Positions 48,460 to 58,307 of a stretch of DNA of 64,000 nucleotides are shown here, piece after piece. Source of the stretch: a virus (Duplodnaviria > Caudoviricetes); the IMG/VR virus record IMGVR_UViG_3300033069_000781, positions 1-64,000 of that record. One strand, written 5' to 3'. The notes under the pieces were generated by a model, which did no database searches, was not told the DNA's origin, and saw only the letters and a list, made by a program, of their open reading frames with translations. Numbering within the stretch: the first letter of the stretch is position 1; each line of letters begins with the position of its first letter. The translations under genes and the position numbers were made by a program.

Positions 48460-50736
48460 ATGGCAAAAATTACCCCATCTGTTGCAGCTCCGTTATTCTA
48501 CGTAACATCTGTAGATACTACTGATACAAGTGGTACTGATGCTAATGGACTAAACCCACTCGGAAAGCAATTCGATACCTCTGCTGTTGGAGCTAGAAGC
48601 AATGTAGTTCTAGGCTATTGGCCTCTAGAGTACAATCCACCCTATAGTGTACCGAGCTTTTCAAACGGAGATTTCTATCCCGTTCCATGGAATAATGGTA
48701 GTGTAAGTTATTGGGATAATACAACAAGTCCTCATCAGACCGGAATAGGTAGAGTTACTCGCGGATTCACGGGACTCACTGGCCCCGGTGGTATAGTCTA
48801 TACCAATAACACAACTAATAATAACAGAGTTAAAGGTACTCAGTTGCAATGGACCACTCCTAGTACACTTGGGTATCGCTGGGATGATAGATCCAAAATA
48901 GGTACATATAATGGTACTACGTTATTTGGTGCTGCCCACTCCACCTATACAGCTTATACAAATCAATGGGTAGTTAATATACAAAGACTTGCAGGAGCAG
49001 TAGCTAGACAGTGTGCTGATTTCTATTACTTCCACGGATACCTAAAAGGGACCGGTACTCATAGTGGGTCATATTGGAATGGGTCTTCCTACGATCTAAA
49101 TGTAGCTAACTCATACATGGGTTGTCTAACCTTCAGGGTTGGATCACATCGCAATAATATCCAGACCGATATAACTAACCTATTTGTACATCCATTAGAT
49201 GCTGCCACTCCAACTGCAGATACTTATAATTTGGGCGATGTAGGCTCAGATGCTAGTGTGGGTGGAGATACGCGCCCAATTGGAGAACTCTTTCCACCCT
49301 GGACAAGAACTGGTCAATCCAATGCAGGTGCAGATTGGCCCGTAAGTAGAGCGCGTTATACACCTTGGTGTACTAACGGTATCACAGAGACCAAGATATT
49401 CTATGATGCGTTATTTACTGAGATGCTAGCTCAGTTCACCACTTACTTACCCTATCCAGAGATATCGGGTGGATTAACTACTACTTATCAACTCTGCTAT
49501 CCCGCTATGATTCTGCTCGATTTCGAGGAGCTCAATAATAACGAGTTCTTATATGAGATCGATACTACCCATAGCAATAAGCAGAGAGGGGCGATTGCTG
49601 CAGTTATTGCAGATGCGAAGAGTGGGACAGAGACAATATTTAAGGATAGCTCAAACTCTAATAGAACCTGGAATCAAGAGTATACGGCATATCAGGCCTC
49701 TACCCCATACGCTCATAGTGCCGCAGATAATGCTGACTACACCTATAAAAGTAATGGATTAGTTACGCCATTCTTTGGTGCCTACAATAACGGTAATTCA
49801 CCCCTCTATGATTTCCTATATAACGTCTACTCAACTGCCTACGATTACGCTATAAATGAGGCAATCTATAAACCAGCCAGAGTTGCTTTCCCGACAGTTA
49901 GATGTAGTAATTATGGTTTCTATAGATCAGATCCAACCAATGGGAGGGGGACCTATGGTGGATGGCCCTGGAGTAACCCTAGACAGAGTATGTGTCAAGG
50001 GGATATCTATTCTCCAGTTCTCTATCCAACTTCCCCTAGACAGGCTAAACAGGGTTATAGTAGACTACAGAGCGCCGACTCTGGTTCTATGTTCCCTAGG
50101 GTGACTTCAGCTACAAGTAATACACTGACCGTAAATAACTCCATAAAAGTTCAAACAACCCACTCTGCCGCTAATGCGACCGCGAGTGCTAGCTATGCCC
50201 AGACCATTCAAGAACTAGCTTCGGAATGGGTATATCCAACCAAGACCTATAAACTAGATTATTTCCGAGGTTTATATGTCAACATAATCTCTGGTACAGG
50301 ATCTGGTCAATCTAGATTATGTATGAACTTTGACGGCTCCACAACAACCTTTACGGTGACCCCACCATGGACGGTTACTCCAGATAATACAAGCTGTTAT
50401 ACAGTATCAACCGAACCAGTTGAGGCTGGGGTTATCAGAAACCATACTCAACAGGTCGAGGCTATATATAAGGATAAAGCTGTAGTTCCTTGGATGTGGT
50501 CACCGGGGTCTTTCCAGGAATTCGGAACTATACATAGTCATGAATTTATGGGTGATGTAATAGTTAAATTAACCAATAAAGGTATATCTGAGTATATAAT
50601 CTGGGGATACAATGCATCCTTTGACAACTTCACAGCGCCTACATTAGATAACTTTATCGGCGACGTAACAATATCCATAACTAGGCATATAGCAAATAGT
50701 TCAGTTGGCGGTGGATTTGTAGTCGGTGGGTTATAA
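48460..50736 (+). CDS. putative virion fibre or carbohydrate-active protein
   Basis: 758 aa, T/S/G/Y-rich; GTGSGQSR module shared with the next gene. Confidence 0.55.
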   Translation: MAKITPSVAAPLFYVTSVDTTDTSGTDANGLNPLGKQFDTSAVGARSNVVLGYWPLEYNPPYSVPSFSNGDFYPVPWNNGSVSYWDNTTSPHQTGIGRVTRGFTGLTGPGGIVYTNNTTNNNRVKGTQLQWTTPSTLGYRWDDRSKIGTYNGTTLFGAAHSTYTAYTNQWVVNIQRLAGAVARQCADFYYFHGYLKGTGTHSGSYWNGSSYDLNVANSYMGCLTFRVGSHRNNIQTDITNLFVHPLDAATPTADTYNLGDVGSDASVGGDTRPIGELFPPWTRTGQSNAGADWPVSRARYTPWCTNGITETKIFYDALFTEMLAQFTTYLPYPEISGGLTTTYQLCYPAMILLDFEELNNNEFLYEIDTTHSNKQRGAIAAVIADAKSGTETIFKDSSNSNRTWNQEYTAYQASTPYAHSAADNADYTYKSNGLVTPFFGAYNNGNSPLYDFLYNVYSTAYDYAINEAIYKPARVAFPTVRCSNYGFYRSDPTNGRGTYGGWPWSNPRQSMCQGDIYSPVLYPTSPRQAKQGYSRLQSADSGSMFPRVTSATSNTLTVNNSIKVQTTHSAANATASASYAQTIQELASEWVYPTKTYKLDYFRGLYVNIISGTGSGQSRLCMNFDGSTTTFTVTPPWTVTPDNTSCYTVSTEPVEAGVIRNHTQQVEAIYKDKAVVPWMWSPGSFQEFGTIHSHEFMGDVIVKLTNKGISEYIIWGYNASFDNFTAPTLDNFIGDVTISITRHIANSSVGGGFVVGGL

Positions 50737-50770
50737 TAGTAATAGATATAGATATAAATAGGTAATTAAT

Positions 50771-51655
50771 ATGGCTCTAATAAAAGCAACCGCTAATCAA
50801 CATGTATATTTCTATGCTATTGATTTGACCACTGGCCTACCTAAAACTGGTCTATCTGATATAGCGGTAAAAATAAAGAAGCAGAGTATTGGAGCATTTA
50901 GCGGTACAGGAGTTAATGTAAATGCTGGTGCCAGTAATGCAATCGAGATCGACGGTACAAACCTGAAGGGTTGGTATTATCAGATCCTAGATGCCACTGA
51001 TACCAATTGTGACTATTTGATCTATAGTGGGGTTTCAGCTACCTCAAACGTAGCTGTTACGGGTGGTTCAGTTAATCTATCTGCCGTTACACCTGATGTA
51101 AACGTAGCTCAAGTCAATGGATCCACAACTTCAGCCGCAGGCTTAGCCGCAATGGGGCTCTTTGTTCACGGTACCTGCCAGGGTGGATCCTCCACTACGC
51201 TTCAATTAGAGGGTGGGGCGGCATCGTCTACTAACTCGATTTATGTAGGTCAAAGCATAGTATTGACAGGTGGTACTGGAGCTGGTCAAGTACGAGTAAT
51301 TACAGGTTACTCATTCTCATCCAGTATTGGAACTGTTACTGTCGATCCTGCCTGGACCACAACTCCTGTTGGGGCATCAACTCAATATATACTAGTACCA
51401 GCGGCTCCAACACCAGCTAACTTAGTTGCAGCTATTTGGGATTCCGCTACATTAGCTTCTAAGATGCCCGCAAATGCAAACCTATCAAGCCTAACGATGG
51501 GTCAGGCCATGGCTTTGGTCCATCAGCGCTTCTTTGGTAAAGTAATCAAGAGCCCAACATCTATTGTGGTTAAGGCTCAGGATGCCGTTACCACGATAAC
51601 TACTCAAACGTATAGTTCATCCGGCGGTACCGATACAGTCAACAATAGATCGTAA
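50771..51655 (+). CDS. putative virion fibre/baseplate protein
   Basis: G.PKTGL, GWY...L...DT and GGTGAGQVRVI motifs. Confidence 0.6.
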   Translation: MALIKATANQHVYFYAIDLTTGLPKTGLSDIAVKIKKQSIGAFSGTGVNVNAGASNAIEIDGTNLKGWYYQILDATDTNCDYLIYSGVSATSNVAVTGGSVNLSAVTPDVNVAQVNGSTTSAAGLAAMGLFVHGTCQGGSSTTLQLEGGAASSTNSIYVGQSIVLTGGTGAGQVRVITGYSFSSSIGTVTVDPAWTTTPVGASTQYILVPAAPTPANLVAAIWDSATLASKMPANANLSSLTMGQAMALVHQRFFGKVIKSPTSIVVKAQDAVTTITTQTYSSSGGTDTVNNRS

Positions 51656-51658
51656 TAT

Positions 51659-51811
51659 ATGGACATATTCTCAATCTTTAATATATGGCTACCCTTCCTA
51701 CCCAGTGGGTCTGAGGGGGGTGGTAGTGGTGGTGGCGGAACTGTATCTGATGGCTTGCTTAGAGGTTTTCGCAATATAAGGATTAGTAGATGGTTTCGTA
51801 GTCGTAGGTAA
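51659..51811 (+). CDS. small protein with a Gly linker and Arg-rich C-terminus (not in the ORF track)
   Basis: Translates MDIFSIFNIWLPFLPSGSEGGGSGGGG...RNIRISRWFRSRR*; fills the gap between genes. Confidence 0.55.
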   Translation: MDIFSIFNIWLPFLPSGSEGGGSGGGGTVSDGLLRGFRNIRISRWFRSRR

Positions 51812-51836
51812 ATAGCTAAATAAAAGAAAGAAATAT

Positions 51837-52448
51837 ATGCCAGAAATATCAGCATCAAGCCAACTCAGACTAGGCGATCCAGTCACTAATGCCAATTTCG
51901 TGATTACATATGCCGATGCTAGAATCTCACAAGAAACCCTAGATGGCTACTTAGATGATGGGGTATTCTTAATTCCATTAGCCTCTGGGTCAAGTGTTAG
52001 AGGTGTAAGTAGACGTGAAAGGGGTGTTATCATCACCTTTTACGGCACAGGAGCTGCTGGCACTACATTTACGTACCAGGCATTTATTGGAAGGTATTGC
52101 TACGGCAAATCTACAGATGATGCTGAAACAACCAAGGAAATTGAAATAAGTACCGCAATGACCGGGGGCGGACTATTAGCCAATATTCCAGGATCTAGCA
52201 CAACCTCTTGTATAAAGAGTACAGAGAAATGTGGTAGTGAAATAACCAAAACCGAAACGACAGACTTTGGAGTCCTAGAAAGTTGCTTCGGTTCACCTGG
52301 GGCCGATGTATGTGCTGAATCGGGCAAAATCGGAAGACTGATTATCCCTGAGTGCTTTGGGTCCTCATTTATACTAATTGATACTAAGGCCTCTGGGTCC
52401 GGTGGTCAAGCCAGCTCCTGTGGTGTAGTCTATGAACTAATTGACTAA
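51837..52448 (+). CDS. hypothetical (possibly virion) protein
   Basis: 203 aa, G/S/T-rich. Confidence 0.7.
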   Translation: MPEISASSQLRLGDPVTNANFVITYADARISQETLDGYLDDGVFLIPLASGSSVRGVSRRERGVIITFYGTGAAGTTFTYQAFIGRYCYGKSTDDAETTKEIEISTAMTGGGLLANIPGSSTTSCIKSTEKCGSEITKTETTDFGVLESCFGSPGADVCAESGKIGRLIIPECFGSSFILIDTKASGSGGQASSCGVVYELID

Positions 52449-52470
52449 TAGTACTAGATAATTAAACTAG

Positions 52471-52497
52471 AAGCTGCTCATATGAGCAGCTTATTTT
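52471..52497 (+). terminator. terminator-like palindrome
   Basis: AAGCTGCTCATATGAGCAGCTT followed by ATTTT. Confidence 0.55.
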
Positions 52498-53025
52498 ATG
52501 GAAATAGATATAGAAATAGATACTAATAGACCACTCTATAGATTATGTACTGATGGTGGCTGTTTAGGGCCGAATAAAATCGGTGCCTGGGCTTTTGTCT
52601 TAACCGATCTGTCAACCAATACCAAACTTGAATTATGCCGTGGCTGTAATCAGACAACTAATAATAGGATGGAATTACTCGCCGTTATAAGAGGCCTTGA
52701 AGCTATAAACTGTGAAGCAGCTAATGTTGAGTTAATTAGTGATAGCCAATATGTAACAAAGGGTATAACGGAGTGGTTACCTACCTGGAAACGTAAGAAT
52801 TGGAGAAGGTCTGGGACAGGCCAGGTCTTGAATGTAGATTTATGGAAGACAATAGACTTCCTAACTAGAAAACATCAAGTCACTACTATATGGGTCAAGG
52901 GTCACAATGGTCACCCCGAGAATGAACTATGCGATAAGCTATGTACCGATAAAATCGAGGAATTCAAGTTAAGGAGTTTGTTTACAAATGGGTTATCTCA
53001 GCAGATTGAAAACAAGGTTAGCTAG
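52498..53025 (+). CDS. rnhA: ribonuclease HI
   Basis: TDGGC, TTNNRMEL, SDSQYV, NVDLW and WVKGHNGHPENELCD motifs. Confidence 0.95.
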   Translation: MEIDIEIDTNRPLYRLCTDGGCLGPNKIGAWAFVLTDLSTNTKLELCRGCNQTTNNRMELLAVIRGLEAINCEAANVELISDSQYVTKGITEWLPTWKRKNWRRSGTGQVLNVDLWKTIDFLTRKHQVTTIWVKGHNGHPENELCDKLCTDKIEEFKLRSLFTNGLSQQIENKVS

Positions 53026-53094
53026 CTACGATTCTTCAATTAGTTTTATGTTGTTGTTACTACTAACTGTACTATTCGCATTGACAATTAATCT

Positions 53095-53598
53095 ATGAGT
53101 ATCAGAGATGATGGATATTTCGGTCTATGTATGTTTATGCTTATTATAGTATCGTTGAGCATACTCTTTAAGTCATGCTCACTTCACATATCAAGTAAAT
53201 CCATAAAAGATCAAACAGTTATTAGTCAGCGAGATAGTGACCTAAATAAACTGGAGCCTTTACTGGATGCGATTGAACATGTAGAGGGTTGGGACCGTGT
53301 AACTCAGTTAGGTATAAGGGGTGAAAGGGGGCCATATCAAATTACAAAGGATTATTGGATCGATAGTCGGATACCGGGGGATTTTGAAGATTGTGACATT
53401 AGGTCATACGCAAAAGAGGTTGTATTAGCCTATATGTATCGATACTGCCCAGAAGCTATCAGGAATAACGATTACGAAACAATAGCTAGAATTCATAATG
53501 GAGGACCCCTAGGGGCTACTAAGTTCTCAACTAAACAATATTGGTATAGAGTGTTCTTTTATATGGACAAGAAGGCAGAAGAAGGACTAACTAAATGA
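53095..53598 (+). CDS. i-type (destabilase-like) lysozyme with an N-terminal TM segment
   Basis: AI..VE, GPYQI..YWID, Y..RY and ARIHNGGP.G motifs. Confidence 0.75.
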   Translation: MSIRDDGYFGLCMFMLIIVSLSILFKSCSLHISSKSIKDQTVISQRDSDLNKLEPLLDAIEHVEGWDRVTQLGIRGERGPYQITKDYWIDSRIPGDFEDCDIRSYAKEVVLAYMYRYCPEAIRNNDYETIARIHNGGPLGATKFSTKQYWYRVFFYMDKKAEEGLTK

Positions 53599-54170
53599 AT
53601 AATAATCCAACTGGAACTTTAAAAGAATTTATGGAACAGGCCATGATAACCGCAACTACCTCTCAACCAGATCCAATCGATACCGAGCTGCCAATTGTAG
53701 AGTTTCAGTATGATCCCGTTGCGATTCAGTTTGTAGCTGAGCTCGCTAAACGGCATACAAACCCGCCTATGGGAGATGCTGCCAAGCAGGCAATGCTGGT
53801 AGCTCTGGACCAGGTTATCTCGGAGCTAGATACAAGTAGTCCCGATTTCCCTACTCAACTCGCAGGAGTATTATGCTCTAAGCAGAAGATTAGGATCAGT
53901 GATGTCTACGCCAAGAAGTATACGGGTGGCAAGAAGATCGCAAACCCTGTTCTAGGTGAAGCCGATGTGGCGTGGCTTCGTGAAACCTTGGAGCGAGTCT
54001 TGGGACGAGAGGTCGCCCCTTCCTGGGAACTCATTGAGCCAGGTTATAAGGATATCAAAAAAGAAGAATCGGCAGATGAGTGGGATGACGAAGATGAATT
54101 AGGCGAAGCTGAGTGGGATGAAGATGATGATTTGGGTGAGGGGGATGACGATGAGGATTATGTCCCCTAA
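53595..54170 (+). CDS. hypothetical protein with a highly acidic tail
   Basis: C-terminal DEWDDEDELGEAEWDEDDDL. Confidence 0.7.
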   Translation: MNNNPTGTLKEFMEQAMITATTSQPDPIDTELPIVEFQYDPVAIQFVAELAKRHTNPPMGDAAKQAMLVALDQVISELDTSSPDFPTQLAGVLCSKQKIRISDVYAKKYTGGKKIANPVLGEADVAWLRETLERVLGREVAPSWELIEPGYKDIKKEESADEWDDEDELGEAEWDEDDDLGEGDDDEDYVP

Positions 54171-54175
54171 GTGAT

Positions 54176-55345
54176 ATGACTATAGATGAGTTGGTTATAG
54201 ATAAACCAATAGTAATAGCTGTAGAGGCTAAACCCAAACCGATATTCACCTTAACTGATGAGCAGGCCAAGGTAGTAGATACCCTAGTTGACTGGGCTTC
54301 AGATAAGAAACAGACCACAACAGAGAAATCAGTTGGCGGCTTCGCTGGTGTCGGTAAGACAATTACAATTAAAGCTATCATAGATAAGTTAGACCTAACT
54401 GATCTATCGATAGCGGTAGCCTCATTTACTGGTAAGGCCGTATCCGTTCTAAAACAGAAGGGTATCTCTAGAGCTCAAACCTTACACAGCCTACTCTATA
54501 ACTTCGATCCAGTCACAAAGGAGTTCAGATTAGTACCAGAACTTACCTGTGATGTTATATTTGTAGATGAGGCCTCGATGGTTAATAGGGCCCTCTATAA
54601 CGATCTATTAAGATTTAAGAAAAAGCTTATATGGGTTGGCGATATGGGTCAGTTGGAACCTATTGGGGATAACCCCAACTTAATGGCTAGGCCGGATCTT
54701 GTATTAACCAAGATCCATAGACAGGCTGCCCTATCCCCCATTATTCAATTCTCAAGGATCCTACGAGAGGGTCAGACCTATGGTTATGGGTGTATACCCC
54801 CTATATGTCCAGAGGGTGAGAAGCCCCAGCTAGAGATAGTTGGATATAACTACTATCCAAACTATATCTATAGTTGTGATCAAATCATATGCGCCTTCAA
54901 TAAAACTAGGCATGGTATTAATCGATTATTAAGAGAGCATAAAGGGTTCACTAACCAGCTCGAAGTTGGTGATAGAGTGATCTGCCTCAAGAACAACAAT
55001 AAGGTTGGAGTCTATAATGGACTGGTCTGTACAGTTGCGCGAATAGTAGATGATTTCGGCAAAACCTATATCTGTGACTTAATAGATGAGGTGGGTACCA
55101 AATATACAGATATCTGTATGTATAAGGCTCAGTTCGGCGAGAATAAGATTGATGATATGGGAGTAAGCTCCAAGAGTTCTATTACTTACTGGGATTACGG
55201 CTACTGTATCACATGTCATAAAGCTCAAGGATCGGAATGGGCAGAGGTAGTAGTGATCGAGGAGCAATCTACCTTATGGGATATGCGTAGATGGTCCTAT
55301 ACTGCGGCAACTAGGGCTAGTAAGAGATTGGTTTATTGTAGATGA
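54176..55345 (+). CDS. SF1B Dda/RecD-like helicase
   Basis: GFAGVGKT, TGKA, DEASM, GD..QL.P, HRQ, T.HKAQGSE and YTA.TRA motifs. Confidence 0.9.
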   Translation: MTIDELVIDKPIVIAVEAKPKPIFTLTDEQAKVVDTLVDWASDKKQTTTEKSVGGFAGVGKTITIKAIIDKLDLTDLSIAVASFTGKAVSVLKQKGISRAQTLHSLLYNFDPVTKEFRLVPELTCDVIFVDEASMVNRALYNDLLRFKKKLIWVGDMGQLEPIGDNPNLMARPDLVLTKIHRQAALSPIIQFSRILREGQTYGYGCIPPICPEGEKPQLEIVGYNYYPNYIYSCDQIICAFNKTRHGINRLLREHKGFTNQLEVGDRVICLKNNNKVGVYNGLVCTVARIVDDFGKTYICDLIDEVGTKYTDICMYKAQFGENKIDDMGVSSKSSITYWDYGYCITCHKAQGSEWAEVVVIEEQSTLWDMRRWSYTAATRASKRLVYCR

Positions 55346-55352
55346 GTAACGT

Positions 55353-55985
55353 ATGACAATAAGTGATCAGATCGCTAGGATTGATAAGATGGGTTTCCCT
55401 AAATCATGGAGACAAAAGTATTCATTTAACCAAGATCAAGCTCGCTATAAACAACCCTTTACATATAATCACCAGCGCTTCGATTCCGCTAAACTAACCG
55501 CATTTAGATTTGATAGAACGTTTGAGAACATCGAGAATAAGCGAATCGGAACGGAATGGACCAGTTATGTCACTGAGGCCTTCAAACAGCGCTGTCTATT
55601 AGAGGAGCATGCCCTAATAGCCAAGTTGAAACAACTAGAGCTTAGTAGTGAGAAGTCAAATCCTTACTGGGGGTTTGGTGGACTCAAACTATACTACAGT
55701 ATATTTACGCAAGAAACAGAACTAACTAAAAATAGCTACGATTATGAGGCCTCTCGCTGCCCATTAGAGATCGATGCCTACATTAGTGGTAAGCGACTCT
55801 ACATCTTTATGTGTATAAGTGTAACCAGGGAAGTTAATCCTGACTGGGTGCATAGATTCCCATCTTTTATTACGCCATATATAGATGAGGATAAGATACA
55901 GGATACACTCAAACCACTTAGAGACCAGTTCAATGAAATTAGTAAAAAAGAAAACGAAACCCAAGAAGAAGCAGCCCAAGTCTAA
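55353..55985 (+). CDS. hypothetical protein
   Basis: 210-aa ORF. Confidence 0.7.
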   Translation: MTISDQIARIDKMGFPKSWRQKYSFNQDQARYKQPFTYNHQRFDSAKLTAFRFDRTFENIENKRIGTEWTSYVTEAFKQRCLLEEHALIAKLKQLELSSEKSNPYWGFGGLKLYYSIFTQETELTKNSYDYEASRCPLEIDAYISGKRLYIFMCISVTREVNPDWVHRFPSFITPYIDEDKIQDTLKPLRDQFNEISKKENETQEEAAQV

Positions 55986-56376
55986 TAAACAAGCAGCACT
56001 GGCAGTGCCCTATGATAATGAGATGGCTTTAGCTCAAATAATAAAACAGCTAGGCGCAATCCTTACTGAGTTACAGTTTGTGAGCCAACATATCATAGAG
56101 CAGATGAATAAGTCGCCTGCACCTATACCTGAGCCTAGTAAACCTCAAGTATTACCTAAAGAACCGTTTGATTGGTTTAAGGAAATAGAAAGGAGGCGTA
56201 AAGAAAAGGAACAGGAAGAGGAAGTATGGCCTTATCGCATAGGTGATCCATACCCACCCTATCCTAGATGGCCTACACCAGCTGATCCTTGGGTACCGAC
56301 TACCCCTGATACTTATCCCTACCCAGATAAAAAACAACCAATAATTACTTGCAATACTCCTAATCCATTGTCATAA
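55933..56376 (+). CDS. hypothetical Pro-rich protein
   Basis: Likely start ATG 55933 (MKLVKKK). Confidence 0.6.
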   Translation: MKLVKKKTKPKKKQPKSNKQAALAVPYDNEMALAQIIKQLGAILTELQFVSQHIIEQMNKSPAPIPEPSKPQVLPKEPFDWFKEIERRRKEKEQEEEVWPYRIGDPYPPYPRWPTPADPWVPTTPDTYPYPDKKQPIITCNTPNPLS

Positions 56377-56383
56377 TGGAGGA

Positions 56384-57097
56384 ATGGGAAGTAATAAGAG
56401 GCTACGTAAATCTAAATCAAATCTATGGCCACGTACAGAAGTGGAGCTATGTCAGGAATTAATTAAGTGGATGAGTGCTGAGGGTTGGGAGGTCTTCCAA
56501 GAGGTAAAGTCTCCTAGAGGATATGGGGTAGCTGATATAGTGGGTCGCAAGGGTACACTGACCTGGATAATTGAGTGTAAGAAGAGTCTTAATCTCAAAG
56601 TAATTGCCCAAGCATTTAATTGGTTGAGATTAGGCCACTATGTCTCAATCGCGGTTCCTAAATACATGTTCAATAGTAGGAACGGTAATGTGCCTGGAGT
56701 GGCCTGTAAGATCTGCGAGACTCATGGAATTGGCGTACTATCCGTTGAACCAGCACTGACAACCGAACGAGTTCCAGCTAAACTACATCGTAAGAACCAT
56801 AATTCCAGTAAAGCGATATCCACTACCCTTACTGAGCATCACAAAACGTTCACTCAGGCGGGCTCAGCAACCGGTAGCCATTGGTCACCGTTCAAACAGA
56901 CAATAGAGAATCTAATTGAAGTTATCAAGAAACACCCAGGCATATTAATGAAGGATGCTATCAAGCAAATCAAACATCACTACAAATCATCTCCTATAGC
57001 AGTGAACTCGATCTGTAAGCATATTCAGACCGGAGTAATTAAAAGCATTAGGACCCAGTGGACCCCAGCAGGAATCAAATTATATGTCCAAAGCTAA
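56384..57097 (+). CDS. PD-(D/E)XK family nuclease-like protein
   Basis: QEV....ADIVG....IIECK motif. Confidence 0.7.
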   Translation: MGSNKRLRKSKSNLWPRTEVELCQELIKWMSAEGWEVFQEVKSPRGYGVADIVGRKGTLTWIIECKKSLNLKVIAQAFNWLRLGHYVSIAVPKYMFNSRNGNVPGVACKICETHGIGVLSVEPALTTERVPAKLHRKNHNSSKAISTTLTEHHKTFTQAGSATGSHWSPFKQTIENLIEVIKKHPGILMKDAIKQIKHHYKSSPIAVNSICKHIQTGVIKSIRTQWTPAGIKLYVQS

Positions 57098-57818
57098 GGT
57101 GGGGATTTCAACCCTAACTGCTCATGATTTAGATAAATACAGAGCTCTTAAACTCTTCAAGATCTCAAAGAGCCTAAATATACCACTTAATGAGTGGTTG
57201 GATCGAGAAGTAGATATTCCACTAGAATTACTCCGAAGAGATATCATAGATGGTGATTATGAAGCCGGCTTCTATTCTGGGGTGATCGCTAGAGCTAGAT
57301 CGAATGATGATATATCTAAGCCAATTGCCCATTCCTGGATTAGGTTGAACTGTGGGACCATCCTAGATCCAGTTAGATGGTACTTAGAGAATACTGTACC
57401 TTATATGTATGTTGGAGACTCTCAAGGCTATATTACAGGATCAGAATACCGAAAGAACTTGGATCCTTGCCCACCCGACAGTGATGGGTCCTATCCAATT
57501 GTTACTGAGTTCTATGACATAGTTGGCGAGCCCACCGCTACTGCTGTTAGAGCTCTATTAGGCGTAGCTGATAAGAATGAGTCAATAGATACAAATCAAT
57601 TATCCTGGTTGCTTAGATTACCCCTAGCTAAATTGGGATCGGCAGAGCTAGCTGAGACTATATATCAAGCCACTATCCATTGTGGCTACAGTAACCTATT
57701 GATTAACGAGAATTATCGAGAAGTATTCAATGAGGACCTAATCGTAGTGATCGATCAAGCTAGAAAGAAAGCCAAGAATGGACCAGGTATCGTCTCCTAC
57801 AGAATCCCCAATAAATAG
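57084..57818 (+). CDS. hypothetical protein
   Basis: 244 aa; HSW...G.I.DP motif. Confidence 0.7.
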   Translation: MSKAKVGISTLTAHDLDKYRALKLFKISKSLNIPLNEWLDREVDIPLELLRRDIIDGDYEAGFYSGVIARARSNDDISKPIAHSWIRLNCGTILDPVRWYLENTVPYMYVGDSQGYITGSEYRKNLDPCPPDSDGSYPIVTEFYDIVGEPTATAVRALLGVADKNESIDTNQLSWLLRLPLAKLGSAELAETIYQATIHCGYSNLLINENYREVFNEDLIVVIDQARKKAKNGPGIVSYRIPNK

Positions 57819-58281
57819 TCTAAAGATTAGAGATCACTTTAAAACAGTAGCACCGGATACTAGTGTCGATTGTGCAATATGTCCGGATGGTTCTGTACTA
57901 ATCGAGTTAAATCAAATCGATACTGGCCAGACTGATACGCTCCTGAGGACCTCATTCACTTTTGAGAAGGAGCATGCCAGGTATTTCACCTTTAACTTAG
58001 CCAAAGAGTTACATAAATCTACAAAGAGTCTAGATAGGGATTTTGACTCCACTATTCGCTATAATCCTAATACTAGAGCATTACAATCAATAAAAGATAG
58101 AAATGAGGTATGGGTAAAAGTTAAACCTATACTTATGGACTTCTATATTGCACGCAATTATATAAGCCTTTTTGAGGGCAGCTTTGAATTACTATTTAAA
58201 GCTTATATGAGATTTAACCCAAATCTATCAGAGCATACACTTCTATTGAGATCAATTTTAGCGTCTATAGTCTGTAATTAA
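57778..58281 (+). CDS. hypothetical protein
   Basis: 167-aa ORF. Confidence 0.6.
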   Translation: MDQVSSPTESPINSLKIRDHFKTVAPDTSVDCAICPDGSVLIELNQIDTGQTDTLLRTSFTFEKEHARYFTFNLAKELHKSTKSLDRDFDSTIRYNPNTRALQSIKDRNEVWVKVKPILMDFYIARNYISLFEGSFELLFKAYMRFNPNLSEHTLLLRSILASIVCN

Positions 58282-58307
58282 CAAAGCACGCACAAAGGAA
58301 ATCACAA

